DNA of 64,000 bases from a virus (taxonomy: Duplodnaviria > Caudoviricetes). Within the stretch, counting starts at the first letter, position 1. Each line of letters begins with the position of its first letter. The notes below the pieces were generated by a model, which worked only from the letters and a program-made list of their open reading frames with translations, ran no database searches and was not told the DNA's origin. This document shows, one piece after another, positions 8,022 through 17,583 of the stretch. The stretch is taken from positions 13,249 to 77,248 of the IMG/VR virus record IMGVR_UViG_3300031419_000378, one strand, 5' to 3'. The position numbers and the translations under genes were made by a program.

Positions 8022-9122
8022 ATGAGCAAACCCGACTGGAGGGCGCTGCAGTCTCAGTTTGCTGCTGCTCATGCCAGTACGGGTATATCACCCAAAGCCT
8101 GGTGTGAACAGGAGGGATTAAACTACAGCAGCGCTCGCCGCTACATAAAAAAGCCGGTAAGAAAAACTGCGCAAAAAAACTCTGAGGGAACTGCGCAAAA
8201 AACTGCGCAAAAGAAATCTGCGCAAAAATCCTCAAATGCCTCAATCAGCCAGAAGGCCGAGCCTGCAAGGGCTGCGCAAAAGAAAAGTGCGCACGTTCCG
8301 AACGCTTCCTCATTTTGCGCAGATTTAAATGCGCAGGAACAAACATTCGTGACCGAGTTTTTAAAGACCCGTGACAAATATGCGGCCTATAAAAAAGCGG
8401 GTTACACCGGCGGGGATCGCGCTGCCAGAATGCTCCATCGAAAGCCCAACATAACGCGGGCTATCAATCGCGGCCTGGAGCAGCTGCACCAAGATGCAGT
8501 GTTGAGCGGGCAGGAGGTATTGCGGCACTGGCATGAAATCGCTATTGCCGATCCCGGTGAGATTTCACAGATGCGCCGATGCTGTTGCAGGCATTGCTGG
8601 GGTGAGCGATTTCTCTATCAGTGGCGCGATATTGATGAATATGACCGCGCCGCAGAAAAAGCCATTGCCGATGGTAAGCCGCAGCCTGAATACGGCGGCC
8701 TGGGATTTATTGAGAACGATGATCCCAATCCCGATTGTCCACGTTGTGCCGGTGAAGGGGTGGCAGATGTTTATCTTGCTGATACCCGCGATATAACTGG
8801 CCCATCACGCCGCCTGATAGCCGGGGTGAAAAAATCCAAATTCGGCATTGAGATAATGATGCGCGATCAGGACGCAGCACTGAAAAATCTGGCGGCATTT
8901 CATCAACTGGCTGTCAGTGAGCAGGAGCGTGAGCTGCGCTTACTCAAGGCAGAACAGACACGTCTGGCGAATGAAAAACTCCAGGCCGAAATTGAGGCTC
9001 TGAGAAAACAACTTGCCGCAAAAAATGAGGAGGATGAGGAGCCGTTGCCGGTAGCGATAAACATTAACGTCGTGGATGCACGCGTGAGGGATGACGATGA
9101 CGGGGATTTCACCGCAACTTAA
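8022..9122 (+). CDS. terS: Terminase small subunit
   Basis: MSKPDW HTH start, AYKKAGY motif, CxxC pairs, coiled C-terminus overlapping terL. Confidence 0.85.
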   Translation: MSKPDWRALQSQFAAAHASTGISPKAWCEQEGLNYSSARRYIKKPVRKTAQKNSEGTAQKTAQKKSAQKSSNASISQKAEPARAAQKKSAHVPNASSFCADLNAQEQTFVTEFLKTRDKYAAYKKAGYTGGDRAARMLHRKPNITRAINRGLEQLHQDAVLSGQEVLRHWHEIAIADPGEISQMRRCCCRHCWGERFLYQWRDIDEYDRAAEKAIADGKPQPEYGGLGFIENDDPNPDCPRCAGEGVADVYLADTRDITGPSRRLIAGVKKSKFGIEIMMRDQDAALKNLAAFHQLAVSEQERELRLLKAEQTRLANEKLQAEIEALRKQLAAKNEEDEEPLPVAININVVDARVRDDDDGDFTAT

Positions 9123-10404
9123 TATTCCTCAGGCGCGATTCCTCGCAATGCCACATAAATTCAAAGCGTATGTCGCCGGATTCGGTTCCGGTAAAACGTG
9201 GGTCGGCTGCGGCGGGCTGTGCAAGGGCGCCTGGGAACATCCGAAAATCAATCAGGGGTATTTTGCCCCGACCTATCCGCAGATACGCGACATTTTTTAT
9301 CCCACGATTGAAGAAGTAGCGTTCGATTGGGGATTGAAGACCAAAATCAACGAGGGCAACAAAGAGGTCCATTTTTATGCTGGACGGCAGTACCGTGGAA
9401 CCACGCTCTGCCGGTCGATGGAAAAACCGCAGACGATAGTCGGTTTTAAAATCGGTAAAGCGTTGATCGATGAGCTGGACGTTCTGCCGACAAAAAAAGC
9501 GCAAATGGCCTGGCGAAAAATAATCGCCCGTATGCGTTATAAAGTTCCAGGACTGCTCAACGGCATAGACGTGACAACGACCCCAGAGGGGTTCAAGTTC
9601 GTTTACCAGCAATTTGTTAAGGCTATGAGGGAAAAGCCATCACTGGCTGGCATGTATGGTCTCATTCAGGCGTCCACGTTTGATAATGAGAAAAATCTCC
9701 CGGATGACTATATCCCATCCCTGATGGCCAGCTATCCACCTGAGCTGATCAAAGCCTACCTCAAAGGGCAATTTACCAACCTCGTTAGCGGCACCATTTA
9801 TCACCAGTTTGATCGCGTTCTGAATAACTGCGAGGAGGAAGAGCAGCCAGGGGAGCCGATCTACATCGGGATGGATTTCAACGTGGGGAAAATGACGGGG
9901 ATCGTTCACGTTCTCCGCCTGGGCCTGCCGTGTGCGGTTACTGAGATAACAAAGGGGATGGATACGCCGGACATGATTCGCATGATCAAAGAGCGTTTCT
10001 GGCTGTATGACGGCAATAATTATCGCAAAACGCGCGAAATTTATATCTATCCCGACGCCTCCGGTGATTCCCGAAAATCAATCAATGCCAGTGCAACGGA
10101 CATAGCCCAGTTAAAACAGGCTGGGTTTACCGTTGTCGTTAATGCTGCCAATCCGCCCGTAAAAGATCGCGTCAACTCAATGAATGCCATGTTCTGCAAC
10201 GGTAATGGAGTGCGGCGCTACAAGGTGAACGTTAAACGCTGTCCTGTTTACGCTGAGGCGCTTGAGCAGCAGGTATGGGGCGACAACGGCGAGCCTGATA
10301 AATCAGATGACAATGACCACCCGAACGATGCTGGTGGCTATTTCATCATTAAACAATTCCCAATAGTTAAACCGACCGGAAAAGTCACAAAATTGCGGAT
10401 GTAA
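9097..10404 (+). CDS. terL: Terminase large subunit
   Basis: Walker A GFGSGKT, LIDELD Walker B, IGMDFN RNase-H motif, DHPNDA. Confidence 0.95.
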   Translation: MTGISPQLNIPQARFLAMPHKFKAYVAGFGSGKTWVGCGGLCKGAWEHPKINQGYFAPTYPQIRDIFYPTIEEVAFDWGLKTKINEGNKEVHFYAGRQYRGTTLCRSMEKPQTIVGFKIGKALIDELDVLPTKKAQMAWRKIIARMRYKVPGLLNGIDVTTTPEGFKFVYQQFVKAMREKPSLAGMYGLIQASTFDNEKNLPDDYIPSLMASYPPELIKAYLKGQFTNLVSGTIYHQFDRVLNNCEEEEQPGEPIYIGMDFNVGKMTGIVHVLRLGLPCAVTEITKGMDTPDMIRMIKERFWLYDGNNYRKTREIYIYPDASGDSRKSINASATDIAQLKQAGFTVVVNAANPPVKDRVNSMNAMFCNGNGVRRYKVNVKRCPVYAEALEQQVWGDNGEPDKSDDNDHPNDAGGYFIIKQFPIVKPTGKVTKLRM

Positions 10405-10407
10405 TTT

Positions 10408-11796
10408 ATGCCTGATATTTCTACCCCGAATCTCGACTATAACGACATGCTGGACGCGTGGGATCTCAATGACGCGCTGATGGGCGGCACATTTTATATC
10501 CGCCAGCTCGGTGAGATTTATATGCCACGCTGGATTAATGAGGAGAAAGAGGATTACCTGCGCCGCCTGGCTATTTCGACATTACTCCCAGCCTACGAGG
10601 AAACGATCAAGCAGAACTGCGGGCGGGTTTTTGCTGACGTTGTGCAGCTGAGTGAAAACACACCTGAGCGAATAGTGGAGTACTCAAAAAATATTGATTT
10701 GGTTGGGAATCGCCTGGACGTCTGGGCTCAGGAGTTTTTTAGCCTTGGTTTGCAATATGGCCTCGTTCACGCGCTGGTTGATCATCCTCGTATTGATAAA
10801 GCTGTGGTGCGCACACGAGCAGATGAAATTGCTGCAGGCGCACGTCCCTACGTGACGATACTTAACCCTAAACAGGTTATCGGCTGGAAGTCGAAGCCGT
10901 TAAACGGTCGGATGGTGCTGACTGAATTACGTATCCGCGAGGTTGTGGTTATTGACGTCGAGAGTTTTGGTCAGAAAAAGATAGAGCAAATTCGCTACAT
11001 CCTGCCTGGTAAAGTAGAAATCTGGCGCAAAGGTGTTGGGGTAGAGGATAAAAACGTCTGGCTGCTGCATGAGGCATGGGAGACCAGCAGACAGGATATT
11101 CCGCTTGTCACTTTTTACACCAAGAGCACTGGATTTATGCGCGGTAAACCGCCGCTGCTTGAACTGGCCCACCTGAATATCAAACACTGGCAGAGTCAGA
11201 GCGAGCAGGACAACATCCTGCACGTTGCTCGTGTACCGCTTTTGGTGACGTTCGGGCTTGCTGAGGGTGAAACCTTAAAAATCGGGGCATCAAGTGCAAC
11301 GAATTTCACAGATCGGGAGCAGCAGGGCGTTGAGTACGTAGAGCATACCGGCAGCGCCATCGGTGCGGGGCAAACCTCTCTCGACACCCTGGAGGATCAG
11401 ATGCGCATGGCCGGTGCAAAACTGCTGCGTGCTGAGAATACCTCCACCAAATCCGTAGACCAGACGGAGCAGGAAACAATGCAGGAAAACTCGCCACTGT
11501 TCACGATGGCGAATTCCCTGGAGGACGCGCTGGATAACATACTGCAGATCATGGCCGAGTACATTGGCGAGCGTGATGGCGGTAATGTCGATGTGCGTAC
11601 CGAGCTGGACGTTGCAGACCAATCATTTAACGCCCCTTCAGCGCTGGCTATTCAGAGCCTGCGGCAGGGTGGCGACATACGTCCGATTGATGCGGTACGA
11701 GCCTATCAGCGCCTTAAAATCATCGACCCTGACGCTACGCCTGAGAACGTGCTGGATGAGTTGCAAAATCTGCCTGTGGTGCTGAGCGGAGGTTAA
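10408..11796 (+). CDS. Portal protein (DUF4055-like)
   Basis: 462 aa after terL; PPLLELAHLNIKHWQSQSEQDNILH motif. Confidence 0.85.
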   Translation: MPDISTPNLDYNDMLDAWDLNDALMGGTFYIRQLGEIYMPRWINEEKEDYLRRLAISTLLPAYEETIKQNCGRVFADVVQLSENTPERIVEYSKNIDLVGNRLDVWAQEFFSLGLQYGLVHALVDHPRIDKAVVRTRADEIAAGARPYVTILNPKQVIGWKSKPLNGRMVLTELRIREVVVIDVESFGQKKIEQIRYILPGKVEIWRKGVGVEDKNVWLLHEAWETSRQDIPLVTFYTKSTGFMRGKPPLLELAHLNIKHWQSQSEQDNILHVARVPLLVTFGLAEGETLKIGASSATNFTDREQQGVEYVEHTGSAIGAGQTSLDTLEDQMRMAGAKLLRAENTSTKSVDQTEQETMQENSPLFTMANSLEDALDNILQIMAEYIGERDGGNVDVRTELDVADQSFNAPSALAIQSLRQGGDIRPIDAVRAYQRLKIIDPDATPENVLDELQNLPVVLSGG

Positions 11797-11797
11797 T

Positions 11798-12910
11798 GTG
11801 GTAACCATCAACGAAACCCTGCGCGATGAGTCGATAGCTCACGCGCTGTGGATTAGCCGTTACAGCACTGGCGTGGCGGGGCGTATGTTAAAAACGCTCA
11901 ATGAGAGTGACGCCGAGCTATCGGCGCGGCTCATTGTTGCCCTGGAAACAATGGACCCTATGAGTTTCACAGTACAGCGCCTCGAAACGATGCTGGTGGG
12001 CGTGCGTGAGATTAACAGGCACGCCACCGCTGCCTATCTCAACAGCATGACGACAGAACTCCGCGATTTTGCAGAGCATGAGGCAGGATTTCAGCTGAGC
12101 CTGTTTGATGCCCTGCTGCCTGATGAGGTCAAAACCCACTATCCACTGCAGTCAGTAACTCCCGAAATGGTTTATGCCGCGGCTATGTCGAGACCATTCC
12201 AGGGGAAACTACTCAGGGAATGGGCCTCAGGTCTGGAGGCGGACAGGATGGCTCGCATATCCAACACCATCAGACAGGGTTTTTTACTCGGAGACACGAC
12301 AACACAACTGGCGAAAAAAATACGCGGCCACGCGAACCGGGGTTATCAGGATGGCGCGCTACAGATGAGCCGCAGCAACGCAGCCAGCATCGCTAAAACT
12401 GCGGTCGGCCACGTTGCAGCAACCGCCAGAGAGGAGTTCGCCAGTGTTAACGACGACCTGCTGAGCGGTAAACAGTGGCTATCGACGCTGGATAATCACA
12501 CCACGCCTACGTGCCGCATCCGGGATCGCCTGCGCTATACGCTCGCTAACAAACCTATCGGCCACAAAATCCCCTATCTGCAGGGGCCGGGTAAAATCCA
12601 TTTCTGCTGTCGCTCAACAGAGACTCTGATCCTCAAATCGGCAGCAGAGTTAGGGCTGGATATTCGTGAGATTTCAGGCACAACACGCGCCAGCATGGAT
12701 GGTCAGGTTCCGGCTGATACTGATTACAGTGGTTGGTTTACTCGCCAGCCGTATGAGCGTCAAAAGCAGATAGTCGGGCAGCAGCGCGCCAGACTGATGA
12801 GAGATGGCGGAATGTCGCCGGACCAGTTCTACACCGACAGGGGGGATTGGCTGACGCTGGCGCAATTACGGGAACGGGATGAACAAGCGTTTATTAGGGC
12901 AGGGATCTGA
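11798..12910 (+). CDS. Minor head protein (SPP1 gp7/Mu F-like)
   Basis: WLSTLDNHTTPTCRIRD and HFCCRS motifs. Confidence 0.85.
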   Translation: MVTINETLRDESIAHALWISRYSTGVAGRMLKTLNESDAELSARLIVALETMDPMSFTVQRLETMLVGVREINRHATAAYLNSMTTELRDFAEHEAGFQLSLFDALLPDEVKTHYPLQSVTPEMVYAAAMSRPFQGKLLREWASGLEADRMARISNTIRQGFLLGDTTTQLAKKIRGHANRGYQDGALQMSRSNAASIAKTAVGHVAATAREEFASVNDDLLSGKQWLSTLDNHTTPTCRIRDRLRYTLANKPIGHKIPYLQGPGKIHFCCRSTETLILKSAAELGLDIREISGTTRASMDGQVPADTDYSGWFTRQPYERQKQIVGQQRARLMRDGGMSPDQFYTDRGDWLTLAQLRERDEQAFIRAGI

Positions 12911-12911
12911 T

Positions 12912-13145
12912 ATGCATAATTCAGTGCTCCGAAACGGAGCTGGCAGCAACTTTCACTATGTAGGCGATGGGCGCGGTCGGCGATATATTTTTATTAATGG
13001 AAATAAAATAAAAAATTGTATATGGGCTGATATTAATCGGGGGATCGCAGTTTTTTGCCCCAATCCTTTCAGGGCGCATAAAACAAAAAGGGACGAAGTT
13101 TATTCGCGAAAACTTCGCGGAAAAATATTTATCGAATTTATTTAA
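12912..13145 (+). CDS. Small AT-rich hypothetical protein
   Basis: 77 aa ORF between minor head and scaffold genes, followed by a terminator. Confidence 0.55.
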   Translation: MHNSVLRNGAGSNFHYVGDGRGRRYIFINGNKIKNCIWADINRGIAVFCPNPFRAHKTKRDEVYSRKLRGKIFIEFI

Positions 13146-13173
13146 TTTTTTTACTTTTATTTTTTTCTCATGA

Positions 13174-13195
13174 GCTGCCTATGGGCGGCTTTTTT
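13174..13195 (+). terminator. Rho-independent terminator
   Basis: GCTGCC-TATG-GGCGGC followed by T6. Confidence 0.65.
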
Positions 13196-13258
13196 ATTGC
13201 CGCAATTCGGATGATGCGTGGCGCAACGGTCGGATGACCAGCTAACCAGGTAAAAGAC

Positions 13259-14023
13259 ATGAAACTGAAGACAGTTGAAGTAAACGGCAAAAACTACGCA
13301 GAAGTAGACGCAAACGGCATGCCGGTTTACGTGCATGATGATGGCAAAGAAATCGGGTTCGATGCTGCTCAGGCGGTCAGCAAAATTTCAGCCCTGAACG
13401 GCGAGGCAAAAACTCACCGCGAGGCGAAAGAGGCAGCAGAAACCAAGCTGGCAACCTACGCCAAAATCAGCGATCCGGCTAAGGCGCTTGAAGCACTGGA
13501 GCTGGCGACAAAAATCGACCAGAAAAAACTGATTGATGCCGGTGCAGTTGATCAAGTCAGAGCGGAGATCACTAAGACCTTTCAGGCCCAGCTTGATGAG
13601 GCCACCGCGCAGAGCAAAGCGCTCGAAGGCCAACTGTACGAAGCAAAAATCGGCGGCAGTTTTGCAGCATCCAAATTCATCACCGACAAACTGGCGATCC
13701 CTTCTGATTTTGTGCAGGCCCGTTTCGGGCAGTCATTTAAGTTGGAAGATGGAAAAGTTGTAGCTTATGACCCAAGCGGCAACAAAATCTATTCGCGCTC
13801 AAAACCCGGTGAGCTTGCCAGCTTCGATGAAGCACTGGAACACTTGGTTGAGCAGTATCCGCAGAAAGATCACATCCTCAAAGCCAGCGGAAACAGTGGT
13901 GGTGGCTCACAGCAAACCCAGCATGCAGCAGGCCAGAAAACCATGAAGCGCTCTGCATTCGACTCGCTGGACCCTTCCGCAAGACAGGCGGCGCTGGCCG
14001 ATAAAATCACCATCGTTGACTAA
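13259..14023 (+). CDS. Capsid scaffolding protein (DUF6651-like)
   Basis: Coiled, Ala/Lys/Glu-rich protein immediately before the capsid gene. Confidence 0.75.
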   Translation: MKLKTVEVNGKNYAEVDANGMPVYVHDDGKEIGFDAAQAVSKISALNGEAKTHREAKEAAETKLATYAKISDPAKALEALELATKIDQKKLIDAGAVDQVRAEITKTFQAQLDEATAQSKALEGQLYEAKIGGSFAASKFITDKLAIPSDFVQARFGQSFKLEDGKVVAYDPSGNKIYSRSKPGELASFDEALEHLVEQYPQKDHILKASGNSGGGSQQTQHAAGQKTMKRSAFDSLDPSARQAALADKITIVD

Positions 14024-14112
14024 TTTTGCTGCGCCCCCGGATGGGGGCCAGTGCCAGAGCTGGATAGCTCAGATAACCCTCGTTTAATTATTTTCACAGG
14101 AAATTTTCATTT

Positions 14113-15249
14113 ATGTCTAACACCCTCACCGGGTTAATCCCAACTATCTACACCGCTCTGGATATTGTTTCCCGCGAACAGGTTGGATTTATTCCTGCCG
14201 TGGCACGAAATCCTAAAGCCGACGCCGCTGCCAAAGGGCAGACGGTATCAGCGCCGGTTGCACCTGCGGCCACAACTGTAGACATTGAGCCAGGCCCAAC
14301 GGCGCCAGACGATGGCAATCAGGCTATCGGTAACGTTGATGTCGTCATTACTAAATCCAAAATGGCCCCTGTTAAATGGAATGGTGAGGAGCAGCTGGCG
14401 CTTGGCCCAGCAGGCACCTACAACACTATTCTCGCCGATCAGTTCACCCAGGCATTTCGCGCCATTGCAAACGAAGTTGATGCTGATCTTGCATCGCTTT
14501 ATTACGGTTCATCCCGCGCAATCGGCACCATCGGCACAACGCCTTTCGGCATCAAAGAGGAACTGACTGATTTTGCTCAGGCTCGTCAGGTGCTGGAGGA
14601 CAACGGTTCACCAACAACAAACCTTCAAATGGTGCTGGGTTCGTCAGCCATCGCGAATTTGCGCGGGAAACAATCAGTGTTGTTTAAAACTAACGAAGCT
14701 GGCACTGATGAGCTGCTGCGTGAGGGCATTATCGGACGTATTGAGGGCTTTAACCTTCATAACTCAGCCGGTATTAAAAAGGTTGGCGCTACTACTGCAG
14801 CTGGCTACCTGGTCAATGGCAGCAAAGAAGAAGGCGACGTTTTTATTTCGATCGATACGGGCACTGGTGAAATTGCCCAGGGTTCTGTCGTCACCTTCGC
14901 TGGTGATAGCCACCGCTATGTGGTGCTTGCCGCTACTGCAACGACTATCACGTTCAGTGCGCCGGGATTGCGTCAGGATCTGGCAGATAATACCGAAATC
15001 ACTGTGCAAGGCGGGTTCGTGCCAAACATGGCATTTGATCGCAACGCCTTTATTCTTGCCTCGCGCACTCCGGCAATGCCAAAAGGTGGGGACTCAGCAG
15101 ATGACATTATGACAGCAACTGATCCTGTATCGGGTATTACGTTCCAGGTTGCGCTGTATCGCCAGTATCGCCAGGTGCGTTACGAGGTTGGTCTGGCGTG
15201 GGGTGTGGCGTCAGTCAAACCTGCACATTCAGCGATCATTCTCGGTTAA
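14113..15249 (+). CDS. Major capsid protein (P22 coat-like)
   Basis: 378 aa; position after scaffold; QVRYEVGLAWGV C-terminal motif. Confidence 0.85.
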   Translation: MSNTLTGLIPTIYTALDIVSREQVGFIPAVARNPKADAAAKGQTVSAPVAPAATTVDIEPGPTAPDDGNQAIGNVDVVITKSKMAPVKWNGEEQLALGPAGTYNTILADQFTQAFRAIANEVDADLASLYYGSSRAIGTIGTTPFGIKEELTDFAQARQVLEDNGSPTTNLQMVLGSSAIANLRGKQSVLFKTNEAGTDELLREGIIGRIEGFNLHNSAGIKKVGATTAAGYLVNGSKEEGDVFISIDTGTGEIAQGSVVTFAGDSHRYVVLAATATTITFSAPGLRQDLADNTEITVQGGFVPNMAFDRNAFILASRTPAMPKGGDSADDIMTATDPVSGITFQVALYRQYRQVRYEVGLAWGVASVKPAHSAIILG

Positions 15250-15252
15250 TCC

Positions 15253-15272
15253 AGGGGCTTCGGCCCCTTTCT
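15253..15272 (+). terminator. Terminator after the capsid gene
   Basis: AGGGGC-TTCG-GCCCCT followed by T residues. Confidence 0.75.
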
Positions 15273-15288
15273 TATTTCTGGAGGGCAT

Positions 15289-15756
15289 ATGGCGAATTTA
15301 ACGAAAGAGCAACGCGCGGCGCGTCAGGCGGAAGAGCTTCAAAAGCAGCAGGCGGAGCAACAGCAGTTGGAACAGCAGCGTACCGAGTTAGACCAGCAAC
15401 GGCAGGAGCTGGAACAGCAGCAACAGCAACTCATTTTGCAGCAGGAGCAACTGGCGCAGGATCAGCAGCAACTGAATCAGGAGCGTCAGCAGCTCGAACA
15501 GGACCGCCAGAAATTTGATGATGAGCGAAATCTGGCGCTCTTGCAGGCTTCACTTAATAAACCGGTGGCAGGCGAACAGAGCGATGTGGATGCCAATGGC
15601 GTATCAACATTTACGCCGTCTGTTGAAAGCGCCGCCACCGTTACGATGGTGCGCCAATTTCCGGAATTCCCTGGCGGCCCTACCGAGGCCAGAGTTCACT
15701 CCGATAACGTCCATAAATGGATCGAGCATGGCTGGCTGGTGGTCGCCGAGGGCTAA
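15289..15756 (+). CDS. Gln-rich coiled-coil virion-associated protein
   Basis: GGAGG RBS; heptad QQQLEQQ repeats; GGPT.A.VH...V.KW...GW tail. Confidence 0.7.
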   Translation: MANLTKEQRAARQAEELQKQQAEQQQLEQQRTELDQQRQELEQQQQQLILQQEQLAQDQQQLNQERQQLEQDRQKFDDERNLALLQASLNKPVAGEQSDVDANGVSTFTPSVESAATVTMVRQFPEFPGGPTEARVHSDNVHKWIEHGWLVVAEG

Positions 15757-15758
15757 AT

Positions 15759-16151
15759 ATGCGCACGTTCATCACAATTGCACAGGTGGACGCGTTATTA
15801 GGGACAGGGTGGACAGAAGACAGCAAAAAATCGCGCTCTGTGCTGTCTGCCAACGCGTGGATGAATGGCCTGAATCTGCATCTAAAAGGTGAAGCCATTC
15901 CTGAAAACGTGGTGCTGGCGGGTGCCTACGCTGCGCAGGCTGCTGCCAATGGCGGGTTATTCCAGCAGAAAACTGACTCCGGCGTACTCACCAGCCGCTC
16001 TGTAGAGGTTGATGGGGCTAAAGTCTCGAAATCCTATTCAGCGCTATCCACCAACAGCACCGCCTTGCTCGATTCAGACTTACAACTGGCGCTGGCGCTA
16101 CTGCGACCCTATGGGGCCAGTACATCGCAAATACGCGTTAACAGGGGGTAA
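15759..16151 (+). CDS. Head-tail adaptor
   Basis: Position in the head-tail cluster; 130 aa. Confidence 0.65.
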   Translation: MRTFITIAQVDALLGTGWTEDSKKSRSVLSANAWMNGLNLHLKGEAIPENVVLAGAYAAQAAANGGLFQQKTDSGVLTSRSVEVDGAKVSKSYSALSTNSTALLDSDLQLALALLRPYGASTSQIRVNRG

Positions 16152-16153
16152 CG

Positions 16154-16537
16154 GTGGGTATTCGTGACGAGTTGCAGGCAGAGATTGCTGCAGCATTTGA
16201 TGATGATTTGAAAGATGCGGTTTGTGAGTTTTCAGGGGCGAGTTTTTCAGAAACCAGCGTTGATCCGGTAACGGAGCAGATTACCGGCGAAAAAATCAGT
16301 TATTCAGGTCGTGGCGTGCTGTCCCGATACCGGCTGGACAGTGTTGATGGTGTCAACATCCTGCGCGGTGACCTGAAGCTTACAGCGCTGACAAACGAAG
16401 TGAGCCGCGAACCGGGAGTGGATCACCTTATCACTGCGCCAGACCTGATTACTGGCAAATCCCAGCAATACAAAATCATCAGCGCCGATACAGATCCGAC
16501 GCTGGCGGCCTACCTTTTGCAACTTCGGAGGGCGTGA
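16154..16537 (+). CDS. Head closure protein
   Basis: Position; beta-rich 127 aa. Confidence 0.6.
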   Translation: MGIRDELQAEIAAAFDDDLKDAVCEFSGASFSETSVDPVTEQITGEKISYSGRGVLSRYRLDSVDGVNILRGDLKLTALTNEVSREPGVDHLITAPDLITGKSQQYKIISADTDPTLAAYLLQLRRA

Positions 16538-17170
16538 GTGGGAAAATCGTGGGATTTCGATCCCGTTTCGTTTGCGGGACTCGTTGAGGAGGATGTAGGC
16601 AAAAAACAGCGCGCAATCGCTATCCAGTTTTTAAACAGCGTTGTACTCAGATCACCTGTTGGAAATCCCGAATTATGGGCCATCAACAGTGCGCAGGTTC
16701 GTCAGCGTGATCGTGTAAGTGATATTAATCACGCACTCAGAAACAGCGATGAGCACGGCACAGCAGATAAAAATGGTAACAGGAGGATTAAAAAGGGCCA
16801 CAAAGTCACGCTCGCAAAAGCGGTGTATAGCGCTAACACAGGGCCATTTGGCCCGAAGAAGCCGCGCAAGATGCAACGGGGACAGGGAGAGATTTACCGG
16901 CCACCTGATTATCGCGCCGGTACATTTCGGGCCTCGCATTTCGTGAGCATAGACCAGCCCAGCAATTGGGTTCCTGCAGAACCGGATCCGGGAGGTGCAA
17001 AAACTATCGAGGCTGGTGTTGCAACCATATCCACCGCCCCGAATTTCTCAAAAATTTATATCCAGACAAATCTGCCGTACTCCGTCGCGCTCGAAAACGG
17101 GCATTCCAAACAGGCACCAACCGGCGTCTATGCCGTGTCGTTTAACGATATTGTCCAGGCCTACAAATGA
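16538..17170 (+). CDS. Neck protein (HK97 gp10-like) with basic insertion
   Basis: SPVGNP...GTFRAS and NLPY...LENGHSKQAP.G motifs. Confidence 0.7.
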   Translation: MGKSWDFDPVSFAGLVEEDVGKKQRAIAIQFLNSVVLRSPVGNPELWAINSAQVRQRDRVSDINHALRNSDEHGTADKNGNRRIKKGHKVTLAKAVYSANTGPFGPKKPRKMQRGQGEIYRPPDYRAGTFRASHFVSIDQPSNWVPAEPDPGGAKTIEAGVATISTAPNFSKIYIQTNLPYSVALENGHSKQAPTGVYAVSFNDIVQAYK

Positions 17171-17559
17171 CGTTCACAGAAATCAGAGAGGCCATCACCA
17201 GACGGATGACGGCCCAGACGGCTATTCCTGCTGATGCGGTGACATATCCGAATGGACCAGTTTTCGATCCGTCAGGGCGGGCTATATGGGCGCGACTGAA
17301 TGACATATCAGGGCTGTCAGGCGCTAATGAAATCGGTGCGGGGGCGGTAGTCCATCGCACAGGTGTGATCATCATTCAGTTGTTCGTTCCAGCGGGTTCT
17401 CGCTCGCTCCTCATCACTCAGACCGCTGACAAAATCCGGGAGCTATTCGAGTTTCAGGATGATGGGCGGCTGAGCTACTTCTCAGTTTCAACGGTGCCAG
17501 CGGGTGAAACCGATGGCTGGTATCAGCTGAATCTGCAAATCCCTTATCGGGCTATTTAA
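17167..17559 (+). CDS. Tail terminator protein
   Basis: Position before tail tube; G.IIIQLFVP.G.G motif. Confidence 0.7.
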   Translation: MTFTEIREAITRRMTAQTAIPADAVTYPNGPVFDPSGRAIWARLNDISGLSGANEIGAGAVVHRTGVIIIQLFVPAGSRSLLITQTADKIRELFEFQDDGRLSYFSVSTVPAGETDGWYQLNLQIPYRAI

Positions 17560-17583
17560 CCTATTCAAAATGGAGGTGTCCGC

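Noticed and set aside
7723-8377. Minus-strand Phe/Ala-rich ORFs
   Set aside because: Antisense to terS and its TGCGCA/A-tract repeats
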